Assembly (NCBI RefSeq): GCF_030144855.1
Contig: NC_082730.1
Location: forward strand, 41,354,001 to 41,418,000
Length of the DNA stretch: 64,000 nucleotides
Direction of reading: 5' to 3'
DNA from: Hypanus sabinus
Taxonomy: Eukaryota
The position numbers were made by a program, and so were the translations under genes. Numbering within the stretch: the first letter of the stretch is position 1; each line of letters starts with the position of its first letter. Below are positions 24,366-37,004 of this stretch, piece after piece. The notes beneath the pieces are model-generated. The model was not told the DNA's origin and searched no databases. It was given only the letters and a program-made list of their open reading frames with translations.

Positions 24366-24670
24366 ATGGTGCTATAGTGGCGTAGCAGTGTGTGTGTGAC
24401 GCTATTACAGCTTAGGGTGTCGGGGTTCTGAACTCAATCCTGGCATCCTCTGCAAGGAGCCTCCGTACGTCCTCGCTGTGGGATGTGTGGGTTTTCTCTG
24501 GGTGCGCTGGTTTCCTCTCACAGTGCAAAGACGTTCCGAGTAGGTTAACTGGGCATTGTAAGTTGCTCTGTGATTAGCTTAGGGTTGAATAGGGGTTGTT
24601 AGGGGTCACTGGGTGTCATGGCTTGAAGGGCCTATTCTGCACTTTATCACTAAATAAATAAAAAATAAAA
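24366..24670 (+). mobile_element. V-SINE (HE1-like): tRNA head, V domain, CR1-derived tail
   Basis: GTGGCGTAGCAG head; GTGTGGGTTTTCTCTGGGTGCGCTGGTTTCCTCTCACAGTGCAAAGAC V domain; GAAGGGCCTATTCTGCAC and TAAA/A-rich tail. Confidence 0.85.
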
Positions 24671-25117
24671 CATTTGCGAGTGTGTGGGTATGTGTGTAAT
24701 AGGGGACAGATGATAGGTTAAAAGGTGGACAATAAGTGCTTGCCAGTGGCCTCAAGATTCAAAAACATAAATACTTTTTTTAAAGCGTGTGATGGATGCC
24801 CACATCCCAGGGCCTGAGAGGCTTACTGATAAACTCAGCTTGCCAGCACAAGGGTCAAAGTTGCAATCGCTGTATTTGGAAATCCTATGCACGTAGCTTG
24901 TAAAACTTTTGTAATTCGGACGTATTTTATAAATTAGAAATTCACTGGGTGTTAAATGTGTGTTAAGAATTACCTGTCTGAATTTAAAGATGCATCATTA
25001 AAAGTAAAATAACAACGTATAACTACTTTGTTCCTCCTTGGTCAGGAGGGGAGACCCACCACACAAGCAGTGGATATTAGCAGCTAAACCTCACCACAGA
25101 GTCTAGACAGGGAACTA

Positions 25118-25613
25118 CGAGGGGTGATGATAAGTTTGTGGCCTAAGGTAGAAGGAGTCAATTTTAGAAAACCTAGCACATTTATTTTTCAACATAGTCC
25201 CCTCCTACGTTTACACACTTAGTCCAGCAGTCGTGGAGCGTACGGATCCCTTCTTTGTGGAAGTCGGTGTCTTGGACCTCCAGAAAGTGTCCACAGCAGG
25301 GTGATTGATAAAATTGTGGCCTAAAGTAGAAGGAGGTGAGTTATACAGCTCTCATTACATGTATGTGCAGTTCAACTCTGAGTGACTATGCAGAAAGTTT
25401 GAAGTTAATAACTCATCTCCTTCTACCTTAGGCCATGGACTTATCAATCACCCTGGCTGTGGACCACTTCTACAAAGAAGGGATCCGTACGCTCCACGAT
25501 CGCTGGACTAAGTGTATAAATGTAGGAGGGGACTATGTTGAAAAATAAATGTGCTAGGTTTTCTAAAATTGACTCCTTCTACCTTAGGCCACAAATTTAT
25601 CAATCACCTCTCA
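25118..25613. mobile_element. Palindromic mariner-derived MITE with TA target duplication
   Basis: TA|CGAGGGGTGATGATAAGTTTGTGGCC...GGCCACAAATTTATCAATCACCTCTCA|TA; both arms encode the mariner transposase C-terminus (FYKEGIRTLHDRWTKCINVGGDYVEK* at 25468-25548). Confidence 0.93.
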
Positions 25614-26574
25614 TAAGCTTGACGTTGAAGAATAGCTAGGTACAGAAAAATATCTCTGTAGTGAGGGTAACCATACTATATTGGATAGGGTTTAAAATGC
25701 TTTTTTTTGTGTACAGGAAACCTAATACCATCACAAAAGGCAGCACATTTCAATAAAAATGTACAGAACTCTTACTATAGCACATCAGACGATGGCTTTG
25801 CATAATAAGTGTACTCAAGATCCATTACATAGAATCATAAAAACTTCATTTAATCTTTAAGCTACACAGTTATTTTAGTTAATTTCATACCTTCCAAAAC
25901 TCATTAATTTTATACAGATACTGCGTTACCTGCTTTAGATGAACCTGGCCAAGATTTGATATGGAGAACTCTTCTTTGAGTCAGGGATTTGGAATCTTCT
26001 TCTGCAATTCTTGGTCTTTGAAGATATTATTGATCATCTCAAGAAGCACCTTCTTATATATTTCAACATAGACTTTCCAGACATGCTTTGATTTTACAGT
26101 CAATTATGTGCCTACGTCAATTCTTTTTCCATTTCTGTACTTGTATCTTTGATATTTCCAAATTTCTGTTGGCTTATATAATCACCTTAGCCACCTGGTC
26201 TGCAATCATCAGAGTTGAGACTTGCATAACTTAGTGGACTGTCCTTGGAGTCCAGTATCTCAAATATGTGTTGCTCATTGTCAGGAGTGGTTGGGGAAAA
26301 TGTTCACAGTGCTATAAAGCTGTCTCAGGTGGAAAATTACTGCAATTATGTTCCCACACTGACACTAAGCAGATGTTGAAATGTCAGCATGACCCTTTTT
26401 TCACATTATCTTTTCAGCTCTGTGCTGACCATGTCTCCTTGTTTTCAATTCTACCTCTTAACTCTTTCTTCTGTCCTCTGCTGTTTTACATGTCCTTGCA
26501 GAGACCGCCTTAGCCAAATCTCTGGAGGATCCCTGCAGCCCCCTTGCACCAAGAAGGTACCCCCTAAATGAGCT

Positions 26575-26670
26575 TCTTCCTTTGATAAAAAGATGGCAGA
26601 GTTATTCATCGAAATGTTGGTTACAATCGATACCTGTATCTGGCTGGAAGCCCGAGAAGAACTTATTCAA
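26575..26670 (+). mobile_element. Terminal module of a second Penelope-like family with a decayed hammerhead
   Basis: TTGATAA-AAA-GATGGCAGAGTTATTCATC-GAAA-TGTT with GATG/CATC stem II, followed by GCTGGAAGCCCGAGAAG, which recurs at 55499-55515. Confidence 0.55.
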
Positions 26671-27808
26671 TTATGGGCAGACTTCCCAACTGCATCTGCC
26701 CCTCTTTTCCTCAACATCACTCAAACATTCAGTAGCAGTAGTCACCTGTAGCTGGAAGAGTGCTGATTGCAGGGAAGTCAATCTCTTTAAGGGCTGTCTG
26801 CACAAGAGCTACAAGAACTTACAACTCATCACCAAGAAACATCATTCCGAGACTGACAATGTCACCTTTAAAGTAATGTTACACTGGGAAGTGGTACTGT
26901 TCATGAATCTTACAATTGAAATTCTCACTCTTTATATTATTTCCACAATCAATTTTAGGATGAGGCAAAATGAAGTTTTAATGGCTAAAAGTAGAACTGA
27001 GGAATTTCAAATACATTTTTTTAATGTTCCTGTTTGTGAGCAAATTACTTTCTTGGCTGAACAACTTTAATACAGATAGGTAATTGCTTTTCATCTCATC
27101 TTTAAAATGTTGTCAGAAAATGCTGACAAGCAAGCACAATATAGTAACTGTTCTCTGTAAGCATAATAAGCACCTACCCTTCTGCCCTAAAATTCCCCAT
27201 CTATCCTATTTCTCTCTCTCCCTGACATTTCCCTTATTTTACCCACAAAAAATCACCCTCCATCCTCTCATCATCACAGATTATCAGTCCATTTTCTGCC
27301 CCCTTTTCTTCACAGTCCCCTAATGTCAGTATCCTGAATCCAAATCTGCATTTCATACAGGCTCATTTGGACTTTTCAGATTATGCTTTGGTCAGTCCAC
27401 AGCTCCACGATTACGTTTGTCAGTTTATCGTATCACTTGATCACCTGATAACATATTCACAGATAGCCACTCCCTACCTCACACTACAGCTTCCTTTATA
27501 TCATTAATCGCATTGCTGTTCTCCAAAAATGACCCTCCTCTTTTGTTTATAATCTTCCTTCTGAACTCTCCAATTATGGTCCTATTCCTTACCTACCCTA
27601 TCAGCCCCTTGGCAACATAATCTGCAGTCATGAGAATAGCTTTCAAAAAGTACATTGTTGACATCTGCTGCTATCCATCACTTATTCATAGAATGAGTCC
27701 TATCCTTGTACTACATCTATTTATGCATGAACTGCTGCTTCCTCCAGTTAAACTCTGGGAAGATCAAGCCACCTTGGGCTTTGAGTAAATCAGAACTAGC
27801 TCAATTCC

Positions 27809-27935
27809 CAGTCCTGCCAAAAAATCTCAGCCCGAAATGTCATCTGTACTTTTTTCCATAGATGCTGCCTGGCCTGCTGAGTTCCTCCAGTGCTTTGTGT
27901 GTTTTGCTTGGATTTCCAGCCCAGCCTTCTCTTAT
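27809..27935 (+). mobile_element. Short Penelope-derived hammerhead unit
   Basis: CAGTCCTGCCAAAAAATCTCAGCCCGAAATGTCATCTGTAC...GATGCTGCCTGGCCTGCTGAGTTCCTCCAG. Confidence 0.8.
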
Positions 27936-28751
27936 GGATCTTCAGTATCTCATTTACAAGATGAGCTCATTATCTCACCATCATAAAAGCCATCTACTGC
28001 TTCCTGCATAACATTGTCATCTCCAACCCTAATTGTTAAAAGTATCCTCTAAGCAATTGTTAAACCCTCCATAAAATTCCATTATAGTGAAGAGATGTGG
28101 TTGGTGTGGATGTGGTGGATGGAGACTCTGTTCCTGAGCTGTACAGTTCCATGACTGTATGAAATTCCCTACATTTAGCCACACACAGATGTTTAACCTT
28201 CCTTCCAGCATAAGTTTACATTGGATTTCTTTGCTGGCAATTACACAATGTTCCTTTCTGTCTGAAATTCTTCAGCAAAAGAAAATTTTCATATTTGCAT
28301 ATAACAAAAACTAGACAATGTACGGACTAGTAAACAGAAAGCACCACCTATCAACCTATTATTGACATTTTGTAATATTACCACTATTGAACTTCTCATC
28401 ATTCATGTCATTAGGTCAGCAGTGACCATAAACCTATCCATACCAACAACATTAATATTGTGTTTACAAGATATGGTCAGGGCATCTTCTGTGAGTGATA
28501 GACAATATTCTTTCTAACATCTGTATGGTACAGGTCATGGAATCAGCTCAACTTGCCTGAATATCTGCAACTCCATCAAAGCATCACTTTATACCACCCT
28601 GGACAAAACAAGCCACCTTCGAAACCCCATCTACCACTATAACCATTGGTGTACAGTGGCTGAAGTGTAAGCAACTACAAAATGATCTGTGGTTCTGCTC
28701 CAGTAACACCTCCCAAACCCACAACAAGCACCACCAAGGAGCATAAGAGCT

Positions 28752-29282
28752 TCAGAATCAGAATCAGAATCAGGTTTATTATCACCGGCATGTGACGTGA
28801 AATTTGTTAATTTAGCAGCAGCAGTTCAATACAATACATAATTTAGCAGAGAGAGAAAAATAATAATAATAAATAAACAAGTAAATTACATAAATAGATT
28901 ATTAAAATGTGCAATAACAGAAATATTGTATACTTTAAAAAGTGAGGTAGTGTCCATGGGTTCAATGTCCATTTTGGAATCGGTTGGCGGAGGGGAAGAA
29001 GCCATTCCTGAATCGCGGAGTGTGTGCCTTCAGGCTTCTGTACCTCCTCCCTGATGGCAGAGGGGAAGAAGCTGTTCCTGAATCGCGGAGTATGTGCCTT
29101 CAGGCTTCTGTACCTCCTATCTGGTGGTAACAGTCAGAAAAGGGCACGTCCTGGGTGCTGGAGGTCTTTCATAATGGGAACTGCCTTTCTGAGACACCAC
29201 TCCCTAAGGATGTCCTGGGTACTTTGTAGGCTGGTGCCCAAGATGGAGATGACTAGATTTACACCCTTGTGCAGCTTCTTTA
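28752..29282 (-). mobile_element. Rex1/Babar 3' fragment with a 70-bp internal tandem duplication
   Basis: (TCAGAA)n tail at 28752-28773; reverse complement of 30155-30632; duplicated units start at 28985 and 29055. Confidence 0.9.
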
Positions 29283-30004
29283 TATGGAAACGTTATTACC
29301 TGCAGGTAACCATCCCAACTTGGAATCGGGGCAAGACTGCAATCATCAGGCTATGGTTCCTGGCTCGCTCTGTACAGCATCCATTCAGAAGTCAACAAAG
29401 CAAAACTCATAACTAAGCAGATCAATTTGTAACAATTGATAAAGCTTTGTTGACCTCATTATCAAAGTGGTCCTTTCTAGAAAAGATAAGAAATTGCAAT
29501 TGTTCATTTCTTTTTTTCTTTATCTTAAAATGGCTTGGTTAGTGTTTAAAGTTTAGAATGGAATGATAACCATTACACTGATAATTCAAAGGATAGGTGT
29601 ATTGGCTGATTATTGTGCTGGTTCCAGTTTGAAAGAGAGGATTTTCAATTAATAAAAAAAACAGTGCAGTTATTTAGAGCATTCCTAGCTGCTTCATGGT
29701 AATCAATTTAGAGGTGCATGTGTGGTGATAAGATCAATTTTTCAATACAGAAACAGTTAGTGATTTATATGTTGCAATTTTTATTATTGAAACATTAGTG
29801 TAACTGATCATTGTACCCATAATCTGTTAAATGTTACCATGTGATCAAGAAAAAAAGTTTGCAATTATAATTTTTAAGTCAGAAAACAACTTGGATTGAG
29901 ATAATAACGAGCACCACTTCTATTTTGTTAACTATGTTCTCCATTTATATAAATGGTCATAGACCACGTGTTAATTCTGTCCCTCTTATAGTTATAAAGA
30001 CAGC

Positions 30005-30632
30005 GGCTATACTTCATTAGGTGTTTGAAGAGATTTGGTATGTCAACAAATACACTCAAAAACTTCTATAGATGTACGGTGGAGAGCATTCTGACAGGCT
30101 GCATCACTGTCTGGCATGGGGTGGGGGGGTGTGGGTGGCTACTGCACAGGACCAAAAGAAGCTGCAGAAGGTTGTAAATCTAGTCAGCTCCATCTTGTGT
30201 ACTAGCCTACAGAGTACCCAGGATATCTTCAGGAAGCGGTGTCTCAGAAAGGCAGCATCCATTATTAAGGACCTCCAGCACCCAGCGCATGCCCTTTTCT
30301 CACTGTTACCACCAGATAGGAGGTACAGAAGACTGAAGTCACACACTCCGCGATTCAGGAACAGCTTCTTCCCCTCTGCCATCCGATTCCTAAATGGACA
30401 TTGAACCCATGGACACTACCTCACTTTTTTAATATACAGTACTTCTGTAGTTTTTCACATTTTTTAAAATCTATTCAATATACGCATACTCTAATTGATT
30501 TGCTTATTTATTTATTATTATTATTTTTATTTTATTTTTTTTCTCTCTTCTATATTATGTATTTCATTGAACTGCTGCTGCTAAGTAGACCAATTTCATG
30601 TCACCTGTTGGTGATAATAAACCTGATTCTGA
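30005..30632 (+). mobile_element. Rex1/Babar 3' fragment
   Basis: KKLQKVVN...RCLRKAASIIKDLQHPAHALFSLLPPDRRYR...RFRNSFFPSAIRFLN*; tail AATAAACCTGATTCTGAT. Confidence 0.92.
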
Positions 30633-33600
30633 TACTTATCACAGGTGATGCCTGATCTGTTAGAAGTTTGCAGTTTTATTTCTGATTTCCAACAACTACA
30701 GCATTTTGCAGGACAGGTATTAAGAAACACAACAGATGGCTCATGGTTGTGTATGCCTTTGGTGAACATTTCTATCTGTCAACTTCAAACACGTCACTGG
30801 CAATTCAAGGACTAAAGTCTGGTCACTGAGTAGAAAATTTGTATATTCAAGACCTGATTCAGAGACCTGATTGCATATTTTAAGCAGACAATTCAGCATA
30901 GTATTCTGGGAATCCTACAAAGTTCCAGTGAGAAATTGAACCTTTGGTTCCTCATGGTTGTATGAGATTCTCTAGCACTGTTTTGTAGAAGGGCAGGATA
31001 TGTTCCAAGATAGCTAGTCATAAATTATTCTTTAAGTAGCATCATCAAAAAACTCATAATATGCATCTATTATCACATTACTATTTTGGAGTCCATGTTG
31101 TATGCAAATTGGCAGTTATATTTGCTTATATTGTCATAAAAATTATGCAGTTGGACTGTGATGTGTCATGTAAGATTCTGATGTGAAATATACTATACAA
31201 ATTTTTAATATTCCTTCTGTGTTTTTCTTGCAAACTGTTCTTTCATAAACTTGAATGGAAAAAAGGCAGTTAGGTGTAATATATTCAGTAGGACTTCTTA
31301 TAGGGGAACAAAATTATTGACTTTTTAAAGTTCCTTGTCAGATTAAAAGATGAATGTAAAGGCAATGTTTTTGTTTGGACAAATACAAATCAATTAACAA
31401 AATAATGACAAAGTATTCCATAGAAGCTGAGGCCAAGGACGACATCACTATTTTCGGGCAAGTATCACAGTAAATTTATATTTAGATAAATAAAGAAATT
31501 ACTGAAGATGTGTAACACTATTAACTTATCAAAAAAAAGGGTCCAGCTATTTGGCTCTTCATTTAAACACAATGTACTACATAAAGTTGACATATTTTGA
31601 CAAAAGGAAAAGGGAAATGTACCCAGAAGATTTAGTCCAGTCAATACATGGCTGAACGCCCATTTAGTTAGGTGATAAATTTTAATTATTGCAGTCACTG
31701 TGCATTCACTCTCTTAAACTATTATTTCTTTCCTAATGCTTGTTTATTTTCCTCTCCTTGATTTGACTTTCATCTTAACAGCCTGAGTTACATTGCTTTA
31801 ATCTTGCAGTGTTTCTTTCACAATTCTTCAATGTGATCATGCAAGGGGAAAAGACTGCAGAGTCATAGATCTAGACATGCTGTATATAGCCTTATGCTGA
31901 CACAAATTTTCTTCAGGTCCAGAGGGACAAACATATCAATGCTTCTCCCTATGCTCTTCTTTAAAAGGTGCTAGTAGTTGCCAAGGAGCAGGCTTCAGAT
32001 AATATGTCCTGAGATGCCCAGTGACAGCTTCAAAGGCTGTGAAAATATTTCTTAAACACATTAAAATACATCTGATGAAGACATTAAAATACTCTTCAAA
32101 ACATTTTTAGAAAATTAGCTATTTACAAATGGAAAATACATTTAATTAAAATACACCAGAACACTAACAGTGAAAACATTAAGATAAAGCAATAATAAAC
32201 AAGACAATGATATTTTTCCACATGGTTAGTGACATCATTTAAAAGAATGCAATTGTCATTCTTTTTTTTATCTAAGATAAAGCAATGAGCAGAATCCAAG
32301 GTCCACCCAAGGCCTCTCCACAAGGTGTCATATCAGTGAATTCCAGATTTGAACTGGACAGTTGGATGCACTAGCACCTGGCGTCCGAAGCTGTCTCAGA
32401 CTCTGACAGATGACCATACCTGCATGGACGTTGGAGACTTCCTGACTATGAGTGGCCAGTGGTTCTCTTCAGTATTACTGCTATTGGTCAGGATGGTTGA
32501 GCCCACAATCTTCCCAGATGTCCTGTAGAGGGTGCTATGTCATTTTGTTCTTGTACCTCCAGCATCGTACCTTACAAAATGTGATGGCAATTAAACAGGC
32601 AAAGCGACTGGTTAGAATCTTCATTCACATGCATTGTATAATTTTCCAAGAAGTGCTTCCAATTAACTGATGGTTAATTTTAGTGGTGATGGGGAATACA
32701 AAATTTGATAAAAATAAATAGATGATGACATAAGTGCTTTGTTTCCTTCAAATTGTAGTTTATTTCTAACTTTATAAATTAAATCGAATAAAAAATATGG
32801 CAATCAAAGATAAGTAAATCCTTAGAAAGAGGTGACATGGGATCAAAAGAGGTAGAATCTTTGTGGGTAGGATTAAGAAATGCAAGAGTGAAAAGACCCT
32901 GATGGGAACTATATACAGCCTCCAAGCAGTAGTCAGGATGTGGGCTACTAATTACAATGGGAGATAGAAAAGGCAATGAGGGGCAATGTTATGGTAGCCA
33001 TGAGGGAATTCAATTGGCACTCAGATTGGCGCTGGATCCCAAGAAAGGGAACGTGTAGATTGCTTTTTAGAGCAGCTTGTGGTTGTGCTCATTAGGGGAA
33101 AGGGAATTCTGGATTTCTTGTGTAATGAATCAGATTTGATTTGGGAACTTAAGGGAAAGGAACCCTGAGGAGGCAGTGATCATAGTAAGACAGAATTTAG
33201 CCTGCAGTTTGAGAGGGAGAAGATAACGTCAGATGTATCAGTACTAAAGTGGAGTAAAGGGAATTATAGAGGGATGAGGAAGGAGCTGGCCAAAGTTGAT
33301 TGAAAGGGGACACTAACAGAGATGATGGCAGAACAGCAATGGCTGGAGCTTCTGGGAGCAATTCAGAAGGTGCAGGATAGATACATTCTAAAGATGAAGA
33401 AGTATTCTAAATGGAGGATAACACAATCATAACTGACAAGGGACATCAAATAGAACATAAGAGCAACAGAAAGGGCATACAATATAGCAAAAATTAGTAG
33501 GAAGTTAGAGGACTGGGAAGCTTTTAAAAATCAATAGAAACAACTAAAAGCCATAAGGAGAGCTAAGATGACTGGATTTACAATTTGGATTGAGATAATA

Positions 33601-33964
33601 CAGAACAACAAGTGATTTTTTTTCAGATATATAAAGAGTAAAAGAGAGTTGAGAGTGGATATTGGACCACTGGAAAATGACGCTGGAAGCAAAGGAATGG
33701 GGTATGAACTTAGTAGATATTCGGTGTCAGTCTTCACTGTTGAAGACACTAGCAGAATGCCAGAAATTCAAGAGTGTCAGGGGGCAGAAGTAAGTCTAGT
33801 TGCTATTACTAAGGAGCAGGCACTTGGGAAGCTGAAGGTCTGAAGTTAGATAAGTCACCTGGACCAGATGGTCTACAACCCAGGGTAGCTGAAGAGTTTG
33901 GGGAGACATTTGTAATGATCCTTCAAGAATCAATAGATTCTGGAATGGTTCCAGAGAACAGTAA

Positions 33965-34638
33965 AATTCAAAGTTTGAAAGTTCAAAGTACATTTAGAAT
34001 AGAGCCCATTAAAAAAGAACACCCAACAAGATGTCAAACACCCAATGTGTGGGGAAAGAAGGACAAATTGTTCAAAAAATTTTAAAGACTCAACAAATAA
34101 CACAGAGAACATGAGCCAATGAGATCCTAAAAGTAAGTCCACAGCCATGGAATCATGTTCAGCTCCGAGGCAGGTAAAGATGGCACTGAACCCTGATGGC
34201 TGCAGGCCACAAGCCATGCACTGAGGGAAGGCCGTGTGCTGAGCACGGAGATGAGCAAACCTCACGGAGTAGTAAGCTGAACACCAGTTCCTCCTTCAAC
34301 CTCGGCGCTTTAATTTTAAAAATCTGGCTCAGCACTTAAATCAGCCAAACATTGGTTCATTTTTTGTTCTCTGGCCTAGGACCCACTGCTTCAGTCTAGC
34401 CCCAGGCCTGCACCAGCAATGGCTGTGGTGGCCAAACCTGCATTCTTAAGAGTCTGGTTCATTGAATCTTTCAGAATACATTAGGTCGTAGGGATTGTTC
34501 AAAAACACAGCTCTCAAGGGAAGTTACAGTCTGTGGGTTGAAGTGATCGTTATCCAGAAAAAGTGTAATTAATAGAATAGTTAGCAGTTTTGTTTGCTGC
34601 CTGTAAAGCATCACTGTGACTTGCCAACGTCACCTTAA
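33965..34638 (-). mobile_element. Non-autonomous retroposon with (ACTTTGA)-type tail
   Basis: TTCAAAGTTTGAAAGTTCAAAGTACATTTA is the reverse complement of the tail at 9170-9192; non-coding body. Confidence 0.5.
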
Positions 34639-35603
34639 TAGACAATAAATAGGTGCAGAAGTAGACCATTCGGCCCTTCGAGCCTGTACCGCCATTCTGA
34701 GATCATGGCTGATCATCTACTGTCAATACCTGGTTCCTGCCTTGTCCCCATATCGCTTGATTCCCCAATCCATAAGATACCTATCTAGCTCCTTCTTGAA
34801 AGCATCCAGAGAATTGGCCTCCACTGCCTTCTGAGACAGTGCATTCCAGACCCCCACAACTCTCTGGGAGAAGTTTTTCCTTAACTCTATCCTAAATGAT
34901 CTACCCCTTATTCTCAAACTATGCCCTCTGGTACTGGACTCTCCCAGCATCTGGAACATATTTCCTGCCTCTATCTTGTCCAATCCCTTAATAATCTTAT
35001 ATGTTGCAATCAGATCCCCTCTCAATCTCCTTAATTCCAGCGTGTACAAGCCCAGTCTCTCTAACCTCTCTGCGTAAGACAGTCCAGACATCCCAAGAAT
35101 TAACCTTGTGAATCTACGCTGCACTTCCTCTACAGCCAGGATGTCCTTCCTTAACCCTGGAGACCAAAACTGTACACAATACCCCAGGTGTGGTCTCACC
35201 AGGGCCCTGTACAAATGCAAAAGGATTTCCTTGCTCTTGTACTCAATTCCCTTTGTAATAAAGGCCAACATTCCATTAGCCTTCTTCACTGCCTGCTGCA
35301 CTTGTTCATTCACCTTCAGTGACTGATGAACAAGGATTCCTAGATCTCTCTGTATTTCTCCCTTACCTAACTTTACACCATTCAGATAATAATCTGCCTT
35401 CCTGTTCTTACTCCCAAAGTGGATAACCTCACACTTATTCACATTAAACGTCATCTGCCAAGTATCTGCCCACTCACCCAGCCTATCCAAGTCACCCTGA
35501 ATTCTCCTAACATCCTCATCATATGTCACACTGCCACCCAGCTTAGTATCATCAGCAAACTTGCTGATGTTATTCTCAATGCCTTCATCTGAATCGTTGA
35601 TGT
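34638..35603 (-). mobile_element. Young 5'-truncated CR1 with uninterrupted RT C-terminal frame
   Basis: Open frame from ~35600 (INDSDEGIENNISKFADDTKLGG) to the stop at 34723; CpGs retained in the 3' UTR; tail GGCTCGAAGGGCCGAATGGTCTACTTCTGCACCTATTTATTGTCTATT. Confidence 0.95.
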
Positions 35604-37004
35604 TAACTGGAAGAAAATGTCACTCCACTTTTTAAGAAGGGAGGGAGGCAGAAGACCATAAGACCGTAATAAGAATTTATAGACTAGTTGTGGGCTCAGT
35701 GGTTGGGAAGCTGTTTGAGCCCATTATTAAGGTTGAGGTACTTAGGGCACTTGGAAGCACATGATAAAATAGGCCAAGGTCAGCATGATTTTCTTATGGG
35801 GACATCTTGCCTAACATATTGTTGGAATTCTTTGCGGAAATAACAAATAGGATAGACAAAGGAGAGTCAGTAGATGTTGATTACACGGATTTTTAGAAGG
35901 CCTTTGACAAGGTGCCACACATGAGGTTGTGGACAATACAAAGATGGGTGGAGGCGCAGGTAGCGTTAAGGAAGCAGGGAGTGGGAGTGTGCAAATAGAC
36001 CTGGACTGATTAGGAGGATGGGCAAAGAGGTGGCAGATGAAATATAGTGTATCAAAGTGTATGGTCATGCACTTCGGTAAAAGGAATAAAGATGTAGACT
36101 ATTTTCTAAATGGGGAGAAATTCAAATATTAAAGGTGCAGTGAGACTTGGGAGTCCTTGTGCAGGATTCCCTAAAGATTAACTTGCAGGTTGAGTTGGTG
36201 GAAAGAAAGGAAAATTTCAAAATGAATTCTATCTTTAATATTTCTATCCACAGTACTGTTGCTGTTAATTGATATTAAAGTGTCTTTCTCTTCCTATACA
36301 TTGCCTAAGAAAAAGTTGACACAAAAATTTAGAAGCAGACTTTGCTAAATGAAATTGATGTACATCCTGGAAAATCTTCAACCTTAGTCTATCCCTGACA
36401 AAATATCACACAACTATTTAAACCAATTTTTCTAAGTGGTGCATGATTGGACAATGATGTATTTAAACAATTTCTATACATTTCTCTTTGTTGTTATATC
36501 TAGAGGCTGCCTTGGTTATCCAGTGCTCCAGTCATATTCCAGTCACTGTTCTTAATAAATCTTGGCAAGTTGTCCCATTAAAGAAAAACATCTAGTATTG
36601 GAAAGAGAAGGAAACAATATTCAATTTTGCTCTTCTTCACTAAACATACACCAACAGTAGTGACAACCACAGTAACATGTTTGATTGCTTTGTCTGAATT
36701 GTAAAATTGAAAAATGCTGATGAAGTAAAGGGACAGTTCAGATTTTTTCCAAGGATTTTATTTTTAAAAATTACTTATTCAGCCATAATATTTAAAGTGT
36801 CTTGTAATGATTATACGATTGAATATAAAGGTGACTATCAATTAAATATTCACTCCTTACAAATTAAGACCAACCTTTACCAGTGTCGTAATGTAATTGT
36901 TTAAAATGTATTTTCATGTATACTGTAATGTATTTAGAAGGTAGTGAAAGCCTTTAATTATCTGACTGAGCCGGAAGCTTGTGGTAGGTTATATTTTTGT
37001 TATA

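Larger units (their letters stand above)
32790..36220 (+). mobile_element. Degraded CR1 interrupted at ~33965-35605 by two insertions
   Basis: CR1 endonuclease/tether 32790-33965 ends at TCTGGAATGGTTCCAGAG and resumes at AATGTCACTCCACTTTTTAAGAAGG (35617). Confidence 0.85.

Noticed and set aside
26582-27070. 162-aa ORF, and a shared peptide YLAGSPR between 26637 and 55493 suggesting paralogous exons
   Set aside because: The shared DNA is better explained as a repeat terminal module next to a decayed hammerhead; the ORF has no recognisable domain and starts at TTG.
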